Assembly: GCA_002371715.1 (NCBI GenBank)
Contig: DFGF01000068.1
Location: 2,032 to 66,031 of the forward strand
Length of the DNA: 64,000 bases
Direction of reading: 5' to 3'
From: Prevotella sp. UBA3757
GTDB lineage: Bacteria > Bacteroidota > Bacteroidia > Bacteroidales > Bacteroidaceae
Shown here: positions 8,631 through 17,643 of the stretch, piece by piece
How the letters are laid out: the number at the start of each line of letters is the position of its first letter
Position numbering within the stretch: the first letter of the stretch is position 1
Notes under the pieces: generated by a model
The model's database searches: none
Seen by the model: only the letters and a program-made list of their open reading frames with translations
Told to the model about the DNA's origin: nothing
Program-made: the position numbers and the translations under genes

Positions 8631-9998
8631 ATGGAACAAGTATTCAGTTACATTATCAGTCTGGGCGCATCAGTCATGATGCCCATCCTGTTTACTATTA
8701 TCGGCCTCTGTATCGGCCTGAAGTTCGGACGCTCGCTGAAGTCGGGCCTCTATGTGGGTGTGGGTTTTGTAGGCCTGGGTATAGTCACAGCACTGCTGAC
8801 CACCAACTTCGGCGGTCCGCTGTCAGAAATCTCAAAGCTCTACGACCTGCAGCTCAAGGTGTTCGACATGGGGTGGCCTGCTGCCGCTGCCGTGGCCTAT
8901 AACACGGCTGTGGGCGCGCTGATCATCCCCATCTGCCTGGGTGTCAATTTCCTGCTGCTTATTACCGGTTGCACGCGGACGGTCAACATCGACCTGTGGA
9001 ACTACTGGCACTTCGCCTTCATCGGTGCCGTGGCCTATTTCGTCATGGACCAGTCGCTGGCCTGGGGCTATTTCGCTGCCATCGTGTGCTACATCGTCAC
9101 GCTGGTTATGGCAGACCTGACGGCCGACAAGTTCCAGGAGTACTATCCCGAGTGGCAGGGCATCTCGATACCACAGCCTTTCTGCCAGAGCTTCGTGCCC
9201 TTTGCCCTCGTCATCGGCAAGGCGCTGGACATGATTCCCGGTTTCGACAAGCTTAACATCGATGCCGAGGGTATGAAGAAGAAGTTCGGCGTCATGGGTG
9301 AACCGCTCATCCTGGGTGTCATCGTGGGCGCCCTGATTGGTGTGCTGGCCCAGCTCGACATCAAGAAGGTGCTGTTCCTTGGTGTGACCATGGGTGCCGT
9401 CATGGAGCTGATTCCGCGCATCACGTCGCTCTTCATTGAGGGTCTGAAGCCCATTGCCGAGAAGACGCAGGAGGTGGTGAAGCAGAAGTTTAACGGCAAG
9501 AAGGTGTATATCGGCATGTCGCCTGCCGTGGTCATCGGTCATCCCACCACGCTGGTCGTCTCGCTGCTGCTCATTCCTGTCGCTCTGGGGTTGGCCGTCG
9601 TGCTGCCTGGCAACCAGTTCCTGCCGCTGGCCTCGCTGGCCGGTATGTTCTACCTGTTCCCCATGGTGCTGCCGTTTACTAAGGGTAACGTGGTGAAGAC
9701 CTTCATCATCGGACTCGTCGCCCTGGCCATCGGCCTCTATTTCGTCACAGATATGGCCCCCGCCTTTACGCAGGCTGCCCATACCGTGTTCGAGCAGACT
9801 GGCGACAAAGCCGCCGACATTCCTGCCGGCTTCGACGGTGGTGCCCTCGACTTTGCCTCGTCGCTCTTCGGTTGGGTCATCTACAAGTGTGTGGCCTACC
9901 TGAAGTGGATTGGTGCCGGCGTGCTGACCGTCATCACCATAGCCATGGTGGTGTGGAACCGCATGCGTATCGCTGCCGAGAACAAGAAGAATGCGTAA
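8631..9998 (+). CDS. gatC: Galactitol-family PTS IIC-like permease (GatC family), orphan
   Basis: LGASVMMP, DMGWPAAA, TVNIDLWNYWH and VYIGMSPAVVIGHP; strongly hydrophobic with many TM segments. No IIA or IIB gene in the window. Confidence 0.85.
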   Translation: MEQVFSYIISLGASVMMPILFTIIGLCIGLKFGRSLKSGLYVGVGFVGLGIVTALLTTNFGGPLSEISKLYDLQLKVFDMGWPAAAAVAYNTAVGALIIPICLGVNFLLLITGCTRTVNIDLWNYWHFAFIGAVAYFVMDQSLAWGYFAAIVCYIVTLVMADLTADKFQEYYPEWQGISIPQPFCQSFVPFALVIGKALDMIPGFDKLNIDAEGMKKKFGVMGEPLILGVIVGALIGVLAQLDIKKVLFLGVTMGAVMELIPRITSLFIEGLKPIAEKTQEVVKQKFNGKKVYIGMSPAVVIGHPTTLVVSLLLIPVALGLAVVLPGNQFLPLASLAGMFYLFPMVLPFTKGNVVKTFIIGLVALAIGLYFVTDMAPAFTQAAHTVFEQTGDKAADIPAGFDGGALDFASSLFGWVIYKCVAYLKWIGAGVLTVITIAMVVWNRMRIAAENKKNA

Positions 9999-10016
9999 TA
10001 ACAATAAACAAACAAT

Positions 10017-11006
10017 ATGATGAAAAAAACGTTTTTGATTTCAATGCTTATGTGTAGTATGACCAATGGCTTTGGCCAGCAGAATGTAAACTTCCAGACG
10101 GCTTGCCATCCGGAGGATGTGAAACACTATGACACCAAGACCCTGCGCGAGCGTTTCGTGATGGAGAAGGTGATGGCTCCCGACGAGATTAACCTGACGT
10201 ACTCCATGTACGACCGTTTCATCTACGGCGGTGCCATGCCTGTTACGAAAGACTTGAAGCTGGAGACGCATCCTCAGCTGCGTGCCCCCTATTTCATGCG
10301 CAACCGTGAGTTGGGTATCATCAATACCGGTGGCGACGGTGTGGTCATCGTTGACGGTCAGGAGTATCCCCTTGGCTATAGCGAGGCCCTCTACATCGGA
10401 CGTGGCTGGCTGGGCAAGGACAAGAACGGCAAGGACATCGACTCGAATAAGGAAGTCATCTTCCGTTCGAAGGACGCCTCGAAACCTGCTAAGTTCTACC
10501 TGAACTCGGCTACCGCCCATAAGCACTACAAGACGCAGTGGGTGACGCTCGACGGCCGAAAGAACGGTAAGGTGCAGTCGCTGAAGGCTGTCGTCATCGG
10601 CACGAAGGAGAAACCACTGGGCACCAAGGCTGAGTCGAACCTGCGTACCATCAACCAGCTCATCGTCAATACCGCCCTTGAGGAAGGCCCCTGCCAGTTG
10701 CAGATGGGCTTGACCCAGCTGCAGGAGGGGTCTGTATGGAACACCATGCCGCCCCACACCCATGGTCGCCGTATCGAGGCTTATTACTATTTCAACGTGC
10801 CTGAGACGCAGACCGTCTGTCACGTCATGGGTCAGCCCCAGGAGAGCCGCGTCGTCTGGCTGCACAACGAGCAGGCCATCATGTCGCCCGAATGGAGCAT
10901 CCATGCTGCCTCGGCCACTTACTACTATACCTTCATCTGGGGTATGGCCGGCGAGAACCTGGATTACAACGACAAGGACAACATCCCCGTCATTGACCTC
11001 AAGTGA
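10017..11006 (+). CDS. kduI: 4-deoxy-L-threo-5-hexosulose-uronate ketol-isomerase, with an N-terminal signal-peptide-like extension
   Basis: [55 protein letters not shown] and FIWGMAGEN. Confidence 0.93.
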   Translation: MMKKTFLISMLMCSMTNGFGQQNVNFQTACHPEDVKHYDTKTLRERFVMEKVMAPDEINLTYSMYDRFIYGGAMPVTKDLKLETHPQLRAPYFMRNRELGIINTGGDGVVIVDGQEYPLGYSEALYIGRGWLGKDKNGKDIDSNKEVIFRSKDASKPAKFYLNSATAHKHYKTQWVTLDGRKNGKVQSLKAVVIGTKEKPLGTKAESNLRTINQLIVNTALEEGPCQLQMGLTQLQEGSVWNTMPPHTHGRRIEAYYYFNVPETQTVCHVMGQPQESRVVWLHNEQAIMSPEWSIHAASATYYYTFIWGMAGENLDYNDKDNIPVIDLK

Positions 11007-11152
11007 TTTACAATTTAACGATTTACAATTTACAATTTATTGTCAAATTTCAAAAATCTGATGATTGATTGCATATTGTGAGTCGTTTGGTAAATTGTTA
11101 ATTCTAAGAATAGCAAAATCAATAGTAAATAGTAAATTCTAAAATTGTAAAT
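11006..11152. repeat. Inverted pair of heptad arrays: (ATTTACA)n at 11006-11041 and (AATAGTA/AATTGTA)n at 11121-11152
   Basis: The right tract ends aaattgtaaat, the reverse complement of atttacaattt in the left tract. Confidence 0.75.
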
Positions 11153-11159
11153 AAACACT

Positions 11160-12617
11160 ATGTCTGCAGTACAAACTACCAAGATGTCCAATTTCCGTTG
11201 GGTCATCTGTGCGTTGCTCTTCCTGGCAACTACGATTAACTACATGGACCGTCAGGTCTTGTCACTTACATGGAAGGACTTCATCGCTCCCGAGTTCCAC
11301 TGGACCGATGGCGACTATGGTACCATCACCGGTATGTTCTCGCTGTTCTATGCCATTGCCAACCTCTTTGCCGGTAAGTTCATCGACTGGATGGGCACTA
11401 AGAAGGGTTACCTGATTGCCATCTTCGTGTGGTCGCTGGGTGCCGTGCTCCACGCCGGTTGCGGCTGGGTGGCTATGACCATTGAGGGCTATGACTCTAT
11501 TGAGGCACTGCGCATGGTTGAGGCTGGCTCTGATGCCGCCGTAGCCATTGCCACCATCTCCGTATGGCTCTTCCTCTCGTGCCGTCTGATTCTGGCTGTT
11601 GGTGAGGCCGGTAACTTCCCTGCCGCCATCAAGGCCACGGCTGAGTACTTCCCCAAGAAGGACCGTGCCTTCTCTACCTCTATCTTCAACAGCGGTGCCT
11701 CCGTGGGTGCACTGGCAGCCCCTGCCACCATTCCCCTGCTGGCCCGTGCCTGGGGTTGGGAAATGGCCTTCATCATCATCGGTGCCTTAGGTTTCATCTG
11801 GATGGGCCTGTGGATGTGGCTCTACGAGAAGCCCCGTCAGAATACGCGCGTCAACCAGGCCGAGCTGAACTACATTGAGCAGGACAACGACATCGCCGAG
11901 TCGCAGGACCGTAGTGCCCAGAAGGAGGAGAAGACCATACCGTTCTTCAAGTGCTTCACCTATAAGCAGACGTGGTCGTTCCTGGTCGGTAAGTTTATGA
12001 CCGACGGCGTGTGGTGGTTCTTCCTGTTCTGGGCACCTGCCTACTTCTCTGACCAGTATGGCTACACGTCCGACTCGGCCATGGGTATCGCCCTGATCTT
12101 CACGCTCTATGCCATTGTGACCATCCTCTCGATTGGTGGTGGCTATCTGCCCACGTATTTCGTCGACAAGAAGGGCATGAACCCCTACCTGGGCCGCATG
12201 CGTGCCATGTTCATCTTCGCCTGCTTCCCCGTTCTGGGCCTGTTCGCACAGCCTCTGGGAGCCTACAGTGCCTGGTGGCCTGCCATTCTGATTGGTCTGC
12301 TGGGTGCCGGCCATCAGGCTTGGAGTGCCAACCTGTTCTCGACCATCGGCGACATGTTCCCCAAGTCTACCATCGGTACCATCGTCGGTCTGGGAACCAT
12401 GGCTGGCGGTATCGGTTCGATGAGCATCAACCTCGGTTCCGGTAAGTTCTTCGACTGGGCTGCTGAGCAGGGTGCCGCTTTCACATTCTTCGGATTTGAG
12501 GGCAAGCCTGCTGCCTACATGGTGGTGTTCTGCATCTGTGCCGTGGCCTACCTCATTGGCTGGTGCATCATGAAGGCGCTTGTGCCGAAGTACAAGCCCA
12601 TCGAGCTTGAGGACTAA
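11160..12617 (+). CDS. exuT: Hexuronate transporter (MFS, ExuT family)
   Basis: RWVICALLFLATTINYMDRQ, EAGNFPAAIK...EYFPKKDRA, KFMTDGVWWFFLFW and HQAWSAN; lies downstream of kduI. Confidence 0.88.
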   Translation: MSAVQTTKMSNFRWVICALLFLATTINYMDRQVLSLTWKDFIAPEFHWTDGDYGTITGMFSLFYAIANLFAGKFIDWMGTKKGYLIAIFVWSLGAVLHAGCGWVAMTIEGYDSIEALRMVEAGSDAAVAIATISVWLFLSCRLILAVGEAGNFPAAIKATAEYFPKKDRAFSTSIFNSGASVGALAAPATIPLLARAWGWEMAFIIIGALGFIWMGLWMWLYEKPRQNTRVNQAELNYIEQDNDIAESQDRSAQKEEKTIPFFKCFTYKQTWSFLVGKFMTDGVWWFFLFWAPAYFSDQYGYTSDSAMGIALIFTLYAIVTILSIGGGYLPTYFVDKKGMNPYLGRMRAMFIFACFPVLGLFAQPLGAYSAWWPAILIGLLGAGHQAWSANLFSTIGDMFPKSTIGTIVGLGTMAGGIGSMSINLGSGKFFDWAAEQGAAFTFFGFEGKPAAYMVVFCICAVAYLIGWCIMKALVPKYKPIELED

Positions 12618-12636
12618 TCACCCCTAAGACCATATA

Positions 12637-12675
12637 TTTCCCGATAGGCCCGCAAGGGCTTATCGGGAATTTTTC
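12637..12675 (+). terminator. Intrinsic terminator after exuT
   Basis: ttcccgataggccc-gcaa-gggcttatcgggaa followed by ttttt; GCAA tetraloop. Confidence 0.85.
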
Positions 12676-12913
12676 TTGCAATCTTGCAAGGTTTTGTCTT
12701 TTGGAATAATTATTGTCTTAACAAAAAAACTATACAATATGGTCTTGCTGGAGAATGGGGTCCCTATCTGTTCAGCGTGCTAAAAATAATTCCCAGGCCA
12801 GGGAAAATTTCCTCTCTTGGCATGGCGCAAAATAGACTCGCGGAAGGCGTGAGCACTACTGCGAGTCTGAAGGAAATTGTTGTTTTGAAATATCTTAACA
12901 GTATACGTGCGGA

Positions 12914-13642
12914 CTATCGTTTCCTGGTGGTCAGCCGGAATTCCTGCGACTGTGACGTGATCTCCTTGTTGGCCTGGAAAACGCCGATGCGAACCACGGC
13001 CTCACCGTCCTTCAGCCGGTTGTCGGCCTTGAGCATGGCGGTATAACGGATGCCCTCCTTGGGCAGGATGCGCTCGACGGTGATGTTCTCAGATATCAGG
13101 ATGTGCTTGTTGCCAGTCAACTCGGTGACGCTGGGCTGCACGTTGTAGACGGGCTTGTCCGAGCGGTTGTAGACCTCGAAGACCACGCGGGCCTCTTCGC
13201 CACGGGTGAGGACGCCGTCGTTGTTGGCATCTATCAGTCGTGGATTGCGAATCTTGAGGTCCTGGCTGGCATCGGGAATGACAAACCCCTCGCCAAAGCC
13301 GTAGATGCGGTCGTCTACCTCGCCGTTATTGGCGTAGTCGGGCTGGTTGGCGGGCATGTCGGCAGGCATGTCGCGGTCTCTGCCCGTCCATTGCTCGTAG
13401 CGCTTTTGTTCAGCATTGTCAGCAGCAGCCCCGATGGCTGCGCCGACGATGGCACCGCCAGCCATGCCTATCAGCGAACCGGTATGGCTGCCACGCCATC
13501 CGCCACTGATGCCGCCAATGTTAGAACCTATCATCGAACCGAAGGTTGCACCGACGTATGCACCCGTGCCGGTGTATGTTCCGCAACTGCTGAGGAGCAA
13601 GGCGGCACTTGCCATCAAAAACAAAAACTGATTCTTCTTCAT
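12914..13642 (-). CDS. Lipoprotein with a glycine-zipper segment and a C-terminal beta-sandwich-like domain
   Basis: Lipobox LLLSSC; glycine zipper GATFGSMIGSNIGG...GMAGGAIVGAAIG; minus-strand TACCTTTG at 13668-13675. Confidence 0.75.
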   Translation of the reverse strand: MKKNQFLFLMASAALLLSSCGTYTGTGAYVGATFGSMIGSNIGGISGGWRGSHTGSLIGMAGGAIVGAAIGAAADNAEQKRYEQWTGRDRDMPADMPANQPDYANNGEVDDRIYGFGEGFVIPDASQDLKIRNPRLIDANNDGVLTRGEEARVVFEVYNRSDKPVYNVQPSVTELTGNKHILISENITVERILPKEGIRYTAMLKADNRLKDGEAVVRIGVFQANKEITSQSQEFRLTTRKR

Positions 13643-13813
13643 ACCTTCCTTTTTTTAGTTTACGTTGCAAAGGTATGAAAAACTTTGTAAAGTACGGCAT
13701 GGAAAACCCCGAAAAGTGCATAGGGAAAACCCTAAAGGTGAGTTGGTGAAGACACTTTCGCTTGAAAAAGTCAGAAAAAAGAGTTTTTTCTTTGCTTTTT
13801 CCTCACTAATTCG

Positions 13814-13821
13814 TACCTTTG
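13814..13821 (+). promoter_or_regulatory. -7 promoter element for the nrdJ-like/folB/amidase/MCE operon
   Basis: TACCTTTG about 30 bp before the ATG at 13853; divergent from the lipoprotein promoter. Confidence 0.65.
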
Positions 13822-13852
13822 CAGGCGATAAACGTTTATAGAATCAGGATTT

Positions 13853-14533
13853 ATGGATAACAAAGAGACCTTGGTGGGACTGTTGGCCCGCCAGATGGCC
13901 GAAGTCAGTGTGCATACAGCCAATGCCATGACGGCCGATGAGCTGGCCGGCATGCTGCAGCGTATGTTTGGTGTGCTGACGGCCGACGAGCGGCAACGGA
14001 TGGAAGTTGTAGCCGAAGCCTTTCTGCACGGCGTTGCCACGAACCGTAGGCCCGACGTGACGGAGGTGCGACCGAAGGAACTGGAGTGCGACGTCGTCCG
14101 GTTTCAAAACAATAAGGATAAGTGGGTGGCTCTGGTAGGTCTGCTTGACGGTTATCCCTATGAGATTTTTACCGGTCTGCAGGACGACGAGGAAGGCATC
14201 ATGCTGCCTAAGTCGGTGACGAAGGGCAAAATTATCAAGCAGGTGGCTCCTGACGGGTCGAAGCGCTATGACTTCCAGTTCGAAAATACGCGTGGCTATA
14301 AGATTACCGTCGAGGGCTTGAGCGAGAGGTTTAATCCCGAATACTGGAATTATGCTAAACTGATTTCCGGTGTGTTGCGTTACCGCATGCCTCTGGAGCA
14401 CGTCATCAAACTGGTGAGCTCGCTGCAGTTAGGCTCTGAGAGCATCAATACGTGGAAAGTCGGCGTGGAGCGCGCCCTGAAGAAGTATCTGGGCGAGATG
14501 GACGATGCGGAGAACAGTTCGAATAAAGAATGA
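13853..14533 (+). CDS. Truncated derivative of class II (B12-dependent) ribonucleotide reductase: C-terminal domain without the catalytic barrel
   Basis: RPKELECDVVRFQNNKDKWVALVGLLDGYPYEIFTG...EYWNYAKLISGVLRYRMP...SINTWKVGVERALKKY resembles the Bacteroidales NrdJ C-terminal region as I recall it. Only 226 aa. Confidence 0.75.
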   Translation: MDNKETLVGLLARQMAEVSVHTANAMTADELAGMLQRMFGVLTADERQRMEVVAEAFLHGVATNRRPDVTEVRPKELECDVVRFQNNKDKWVALVGLLDGYPYEIFTGLQDDEEGIMLPKSVTKGKIIKQVAPDGSKRYDFQFENTRGYKITVEGLSERFNPEYWNYAKLISGVLRYRMPLEHVIKLVSSLQLGSESINTWKVGVERALKKYLGEMDDAENSSNKE

Positions 14534-14548
14534 AGAGCGGATTAGGAG

Positions 14549-14917
14549 GTGAGGATAGCAGCGGGCAACATATTTCTGGAGCAGATGCGGTTCTATGCCT
14601 ATCACGGTGTGATGGAACAGGAAAGGCTGGTTGGAGGCTACTATCTGGTGACCCTTACCGCCGAAGCCGACCTGACGGCTGCCGTCCAGTCTGACGATGT
14701 GGCAGATACCGTCAACTATGCGTCGCTCTACGCACTCGTAGAGCGTGAGATGGACATTCCGTCGAGACTTCTGGAACACGTTGCAGGTCGGATAGGCCGG
14801 CGCGCCCTGGAAGAATTTGACAGGATAACGGCGCTGACCGTCAGAGTAGTCAAGGAGAACCCGCCGATGGGGGCAGACAGCCGGGGGGCTGGCGTGGAGG
14901 TAAAATTTAAAAGGTAA
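14549..14917 (+). CDS. folB: Dihydroneopterin aldolase
   Basis: FYAYHGVMEQER, SDDVADTVNY, SRLLEHVA and KENPPM. Confidence 0.93.
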   Translation: MRIAAGNIFLEQMRFYAYHGVMEQERLVGGYYLVTLTAEADLTAAVQSDDVADTVNYASLYALVEREMDIPSRLLEHVAGRIGRRALEEFDRITALTVRVVKENPPMGADSRGAGVEVKFKR

Positions 14918-15054
14918 AAAGGTAAAAAAGTAAAAAGGTTAATAATAAATAAAGGTGTAACAGATACAACGATGAAACTCAGGAATATACGATTAAATAG
15001 GATGGTCAAAGCATGTCTATTGCTTTTACCTTTTTACCTTTTTATCCTTTTACC
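14899..15054. repeat. Inverted pair of 8-bp arrays: (GGTAAAAA)n at 14899-14939 and (TTTTTACC)n at 15023-15054
   Basis: Directly visible. The left array spans the folB stop codon; the right one encodes LLPFYLFILLP in the amidase signal peptide. Confidence 0.8.
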
Positions 15055-16339
15055 ATTACACGCAGCCAAGAAAAAGACATTTACGCTCGTGATTGATGCC
15101 GGACATGGCGGTCACGACGCGGGAGCCATCGGTTCACTGACCAAGGAGAAGACCATCAACCTGAACGTGGCATTGGCCTTTGGACGGCTGGTGGAGCGTA
15201 ACTGTAAGGACGTGAGAGTCGTCTACACCCGCAAGACCGATGTGTTTGTGCCCCTGCATACCCGTGCCGACATTGCCAACAAGGCCAAGGCCGACCTCTT
15301 CATCAGCATCCATACCAATGCGCTGCCTAAGAGGCGCATCTCGCGCGGTCTGGAAACCTATACGCTGGGCATGCACCGCGCTTCCGATAATCTCGATGTC
15401 GCTAAGCGCGAGAATTCGGTCATCCTGATTGAGAAAGACTACAAACAGCGTTATCAGGGTTTCGACCCTAATTCCTCGGAAAGCTATATCATGTTCGAGT
15501 TTATTCAGGATCGCAACATGGCACAGAGCGTAGAGCTGGCCAAACTGGTGCAGAAGCGAACCTGCCAGACGGCAGGCCGTCAGAACAAGGGCGTGAAGCA
15601 AGCTGGATTCCTCGTGCTGCGCGAGACGTCGATGCCCAGCTGTCTGATTGAGCTCGGTTTTATCTCGACACCCGATGAAGAACGCTTCCTGCACTCGTCG
15701 AGTGGGGTGGAGATGCTGGGACGGGGCATCTACCAGGCTTTTGTCGACTACTACAAAAGTCACGACGTAAAAGGCAGCAAACAGGATGTCGTTGTCGAGA
15801 ATGCCGATACCAAAGCCACCAAGGCGGAGGCAACTGAGAAGCCTAAGACGGAGGATACCAAGCCTGCTGCAGAAGTTGTCAAGAAGGTTACGGCTGTCAA
15901 GAAGGATACGGCTGTCAGGCAGCCGGCTCCTGCGCCTACGCTTTTAGCCCAACTGTCACCGATGCCTGCTGAACCAGCACCGGCACCCGAGCAGCCTGCC
16001 ACCCAGGAAACCAAGTCTGTGTCAGTGCCTGACCAGGACTCGCTGGTCGCCCCACAGGCGGAAGCTCCCGTCTTTAAGTTGCAGATTCTGGCCTCGGCCA
16101 CAAAGTTGAGGCGTACTGACCCCCAGCTGAAGGGCCAGAAGCAGGCCGACTGCTTCCAGGAGGGTGGATTGTATAAATATACGCTGGGCAGTTCCGAGAA
16201 CTATCAGGAGATATATCAGCTGCGTAAGGCCCAGCTGGCCCGTTTTCCCCAGTCGTTCATCATTGCCTTCAAGGGCGGCGTGAAAATGGACGTCCGGCAG
16301 GCTATCAGGGAATATAGAAGTAGAAAAGTTAAAAGATAA
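14972..16339 (+). CDS. N-acetylmuramoyl-L-alanine amidase (Amidase_3) with a Pro/Ala/Lys-rich linker and C-terminal domain
   Basis: VIDAGHGGHD, EKTINL, RADIAN, FISIHTN and LIELGF; signal peptide. Alternative start at 15002. Confidence 0.92.
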   Translation: MKLRNIRLNRMVKACLLLLPFYLFILLPLHAAKKKTFTLVIDAGHGGHDAGAIGSLTKEKTINLNVALAFGRLVERNCKDVRVVYTRKTDVFVPLHTRADIANKAKADLFISIHTNALPKRRISRGLETYTLGMHRASDNLDVAKRENSVILIEKDYKQRYQGFDPNSSESYIMFEFIQDRNMAQSVELAKLVQKRTCQTAGRQNKGVKQAGFLVLRETSMPSCLIELGFISTPDEERFLHSSSGVEMLGRGIYQAFVDYYKSHDVKGSKQDVVVENADTKATKAEATEKPKTEDTKPAAEVVKKVTAVKKDTAVRQPAPAPTLLAQLSPMPAEPAPAPEQPATQETKSVSVPDQDSLVAPQAEAPVFKLQILASATKLRRTDPQLKGQKQADCFQEGGLYKYTLGSSENYQEIYQLRKAQLARFPQSFIIAFKGGVKMDVRQAIREYRSRKVKR

Positions 16340-16364
16340 ATACATAAAAATAATAGAGTGCAAT

Positions 16365-17270
16365 ATGAAATTTACCAAGGAAATCAAGATTGCCTTAGTG
16401 GCCATTCTGGCCATCGTCGTGCTGTTTTTCGGTCTGCAGTTCCTGAAGGGACTGACCATCTTCTCGAATGACGATTCCTACTACGTGACGTTCAACGATG
16501 TCAGCGGTCTGTCGCCCTCGTCGCCTATCTATGCCAATGGCTATAAGGTTGGCGTGGTGAAGGACATCATCTATGACTACAGCCCGGAGGGTAAGATTGT
16601 AGCCGTCATGGGGCTTGACAAGAACATGAGGCTGCCCCAGGGCTCACATGCCGAGATTGCCAGCGACCTGCTGGGCAATATCAAGGTCAACCTGGTGCTG
16701 GGCGATGACCCGCTGCACATGCTGGCAGCAGGCGACACCATCAGCGGTGGGGCAGAATTGGGCATGATGAGCAAGCTGGGCAGCATGATGCCCGCCGTAG
16801 AGGCTATACTCCCCAAGCTCGATTCCATCATGAGCAGCCTGAACGTGCTGCTGGCCGACCCCGCCCTGCGTAACACCCTGCACAACGTGGAGGGCATGAC
16901 CGGCAACCTCAATGCCACCAGTCAGGAACTCCGGAGCCTCTCGGCCTCGCTGAACCGCGACGTGCCCGGCATGATGCACAAGGCCAACGGCGTGCTCGAC
17001 AATACGCAACAGCTGACAAAGAACCTCTCGGCTGTCGACGTGGCGGCTATGACGGCCAGCGTCAACAAGACCCTGGAGAATGTGGAGCAGATGACCCGTA
17101 AGCTGAACTCGAACGAGGGCACCCTGGGACTCCTCATGCGTGATGCCTCGCTCTATAACAACCTGACGGCAACGGCTGCTTCAGCGGACTCGCTGCTCAT
17201 CGATTTGAAAGCCCATCCGAAGCGTTACGTACACTTCTCCATTTTTGGGAAAAGTGATAAACAAAAATAA
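16365..17270 (+). CDS. MCE/MlaD-family protein
   Basis: N-terminal anchor EIKIALVAIL; VSGLSPSSPIYANGYKVGVV; helical tail ending DLKAHPKRYVHFSIFG. Confidence 0.9.
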   Translation: MKFTKEIKIALVAILAIVVLFFGLQFLKGLTIFSNDDSYYVTFNDVSGLSPSSPIYANGYKVGVVKDIIYDYSPEGKIVAVMGLDKNMRLPQGSHAEIASDLLGNIKVNLVLGDDPLHMLAAGDTISGGAELGMMSKLGSMMPAVEAILPKLDSIMSSLNVLLADPALRNTLHNVEGMTGNLNATSQELRSLSASLNRDVPGMMHKANGVLDNTQQLTKNLSAVDVAAMTASVNKTLENVEQMTRKLNSNEGTLGLLMRDASLYNNLTATAASADSLLIDLKAHPKRYVHFSIFGKSDKQK

Positions 17271-17376
17271 TCGCAATTTTTAATTTGTCTAAATAGGTTG
17301 GCGTGGCCGACATTCCACTGCCGGGGCTTGGCAATTGCTTGATAATACTGCACTTTACGGCCATCTGATTTATCTT

Positions 17377-17413
17377 CCTGCACAGGGGTTGTACCTTGTG
17401 CAGGATTCTGTTT
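17377..17413 (+). terminator. Probable terminator hairpin downstream of the MCE gene
   Basis: tcctgcacaggg-gttgta-ccttgtgcagga followed by ttctgttt. Confidence 0.5.
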
Positions 17414-17643
17414 AAAGTGTCAAGTATCAGACACTTACAATTTTCAAAATGCCTGAGCGATAAAATCTTTTCAAAACTGTGGTAAGGTTCGGAATATGAA
17501 GAGATTACGCGCTCCCTTATGTTATGTGGCTAAAAATGCGGATTTGTTTTTTTGAAAAAAAAGTGCGAACTTTGCACTCGAAAATAACGAGACCATCATC
17601 TAGTCTTAAGTAAAAAAAATAAATAAAAAGTAAGTAACGCCGC

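Noticed and set aside
12684-13046. 120-aa plus-strand ORF after exuT
   Set aside because: It lies beyond a strong terminator, starts at TTG, overlaps the convergent lipoprotein gene and has no motifs. The hairpin near 12834-12868 may instead terminate the minus-strand gene.
17271-17643. oriC next to dnaA
   Set aside because: No convincing TTATCCACA-type boxes or clustered DnaA sites were seen; adjacency to dnaA alone is insufficient.
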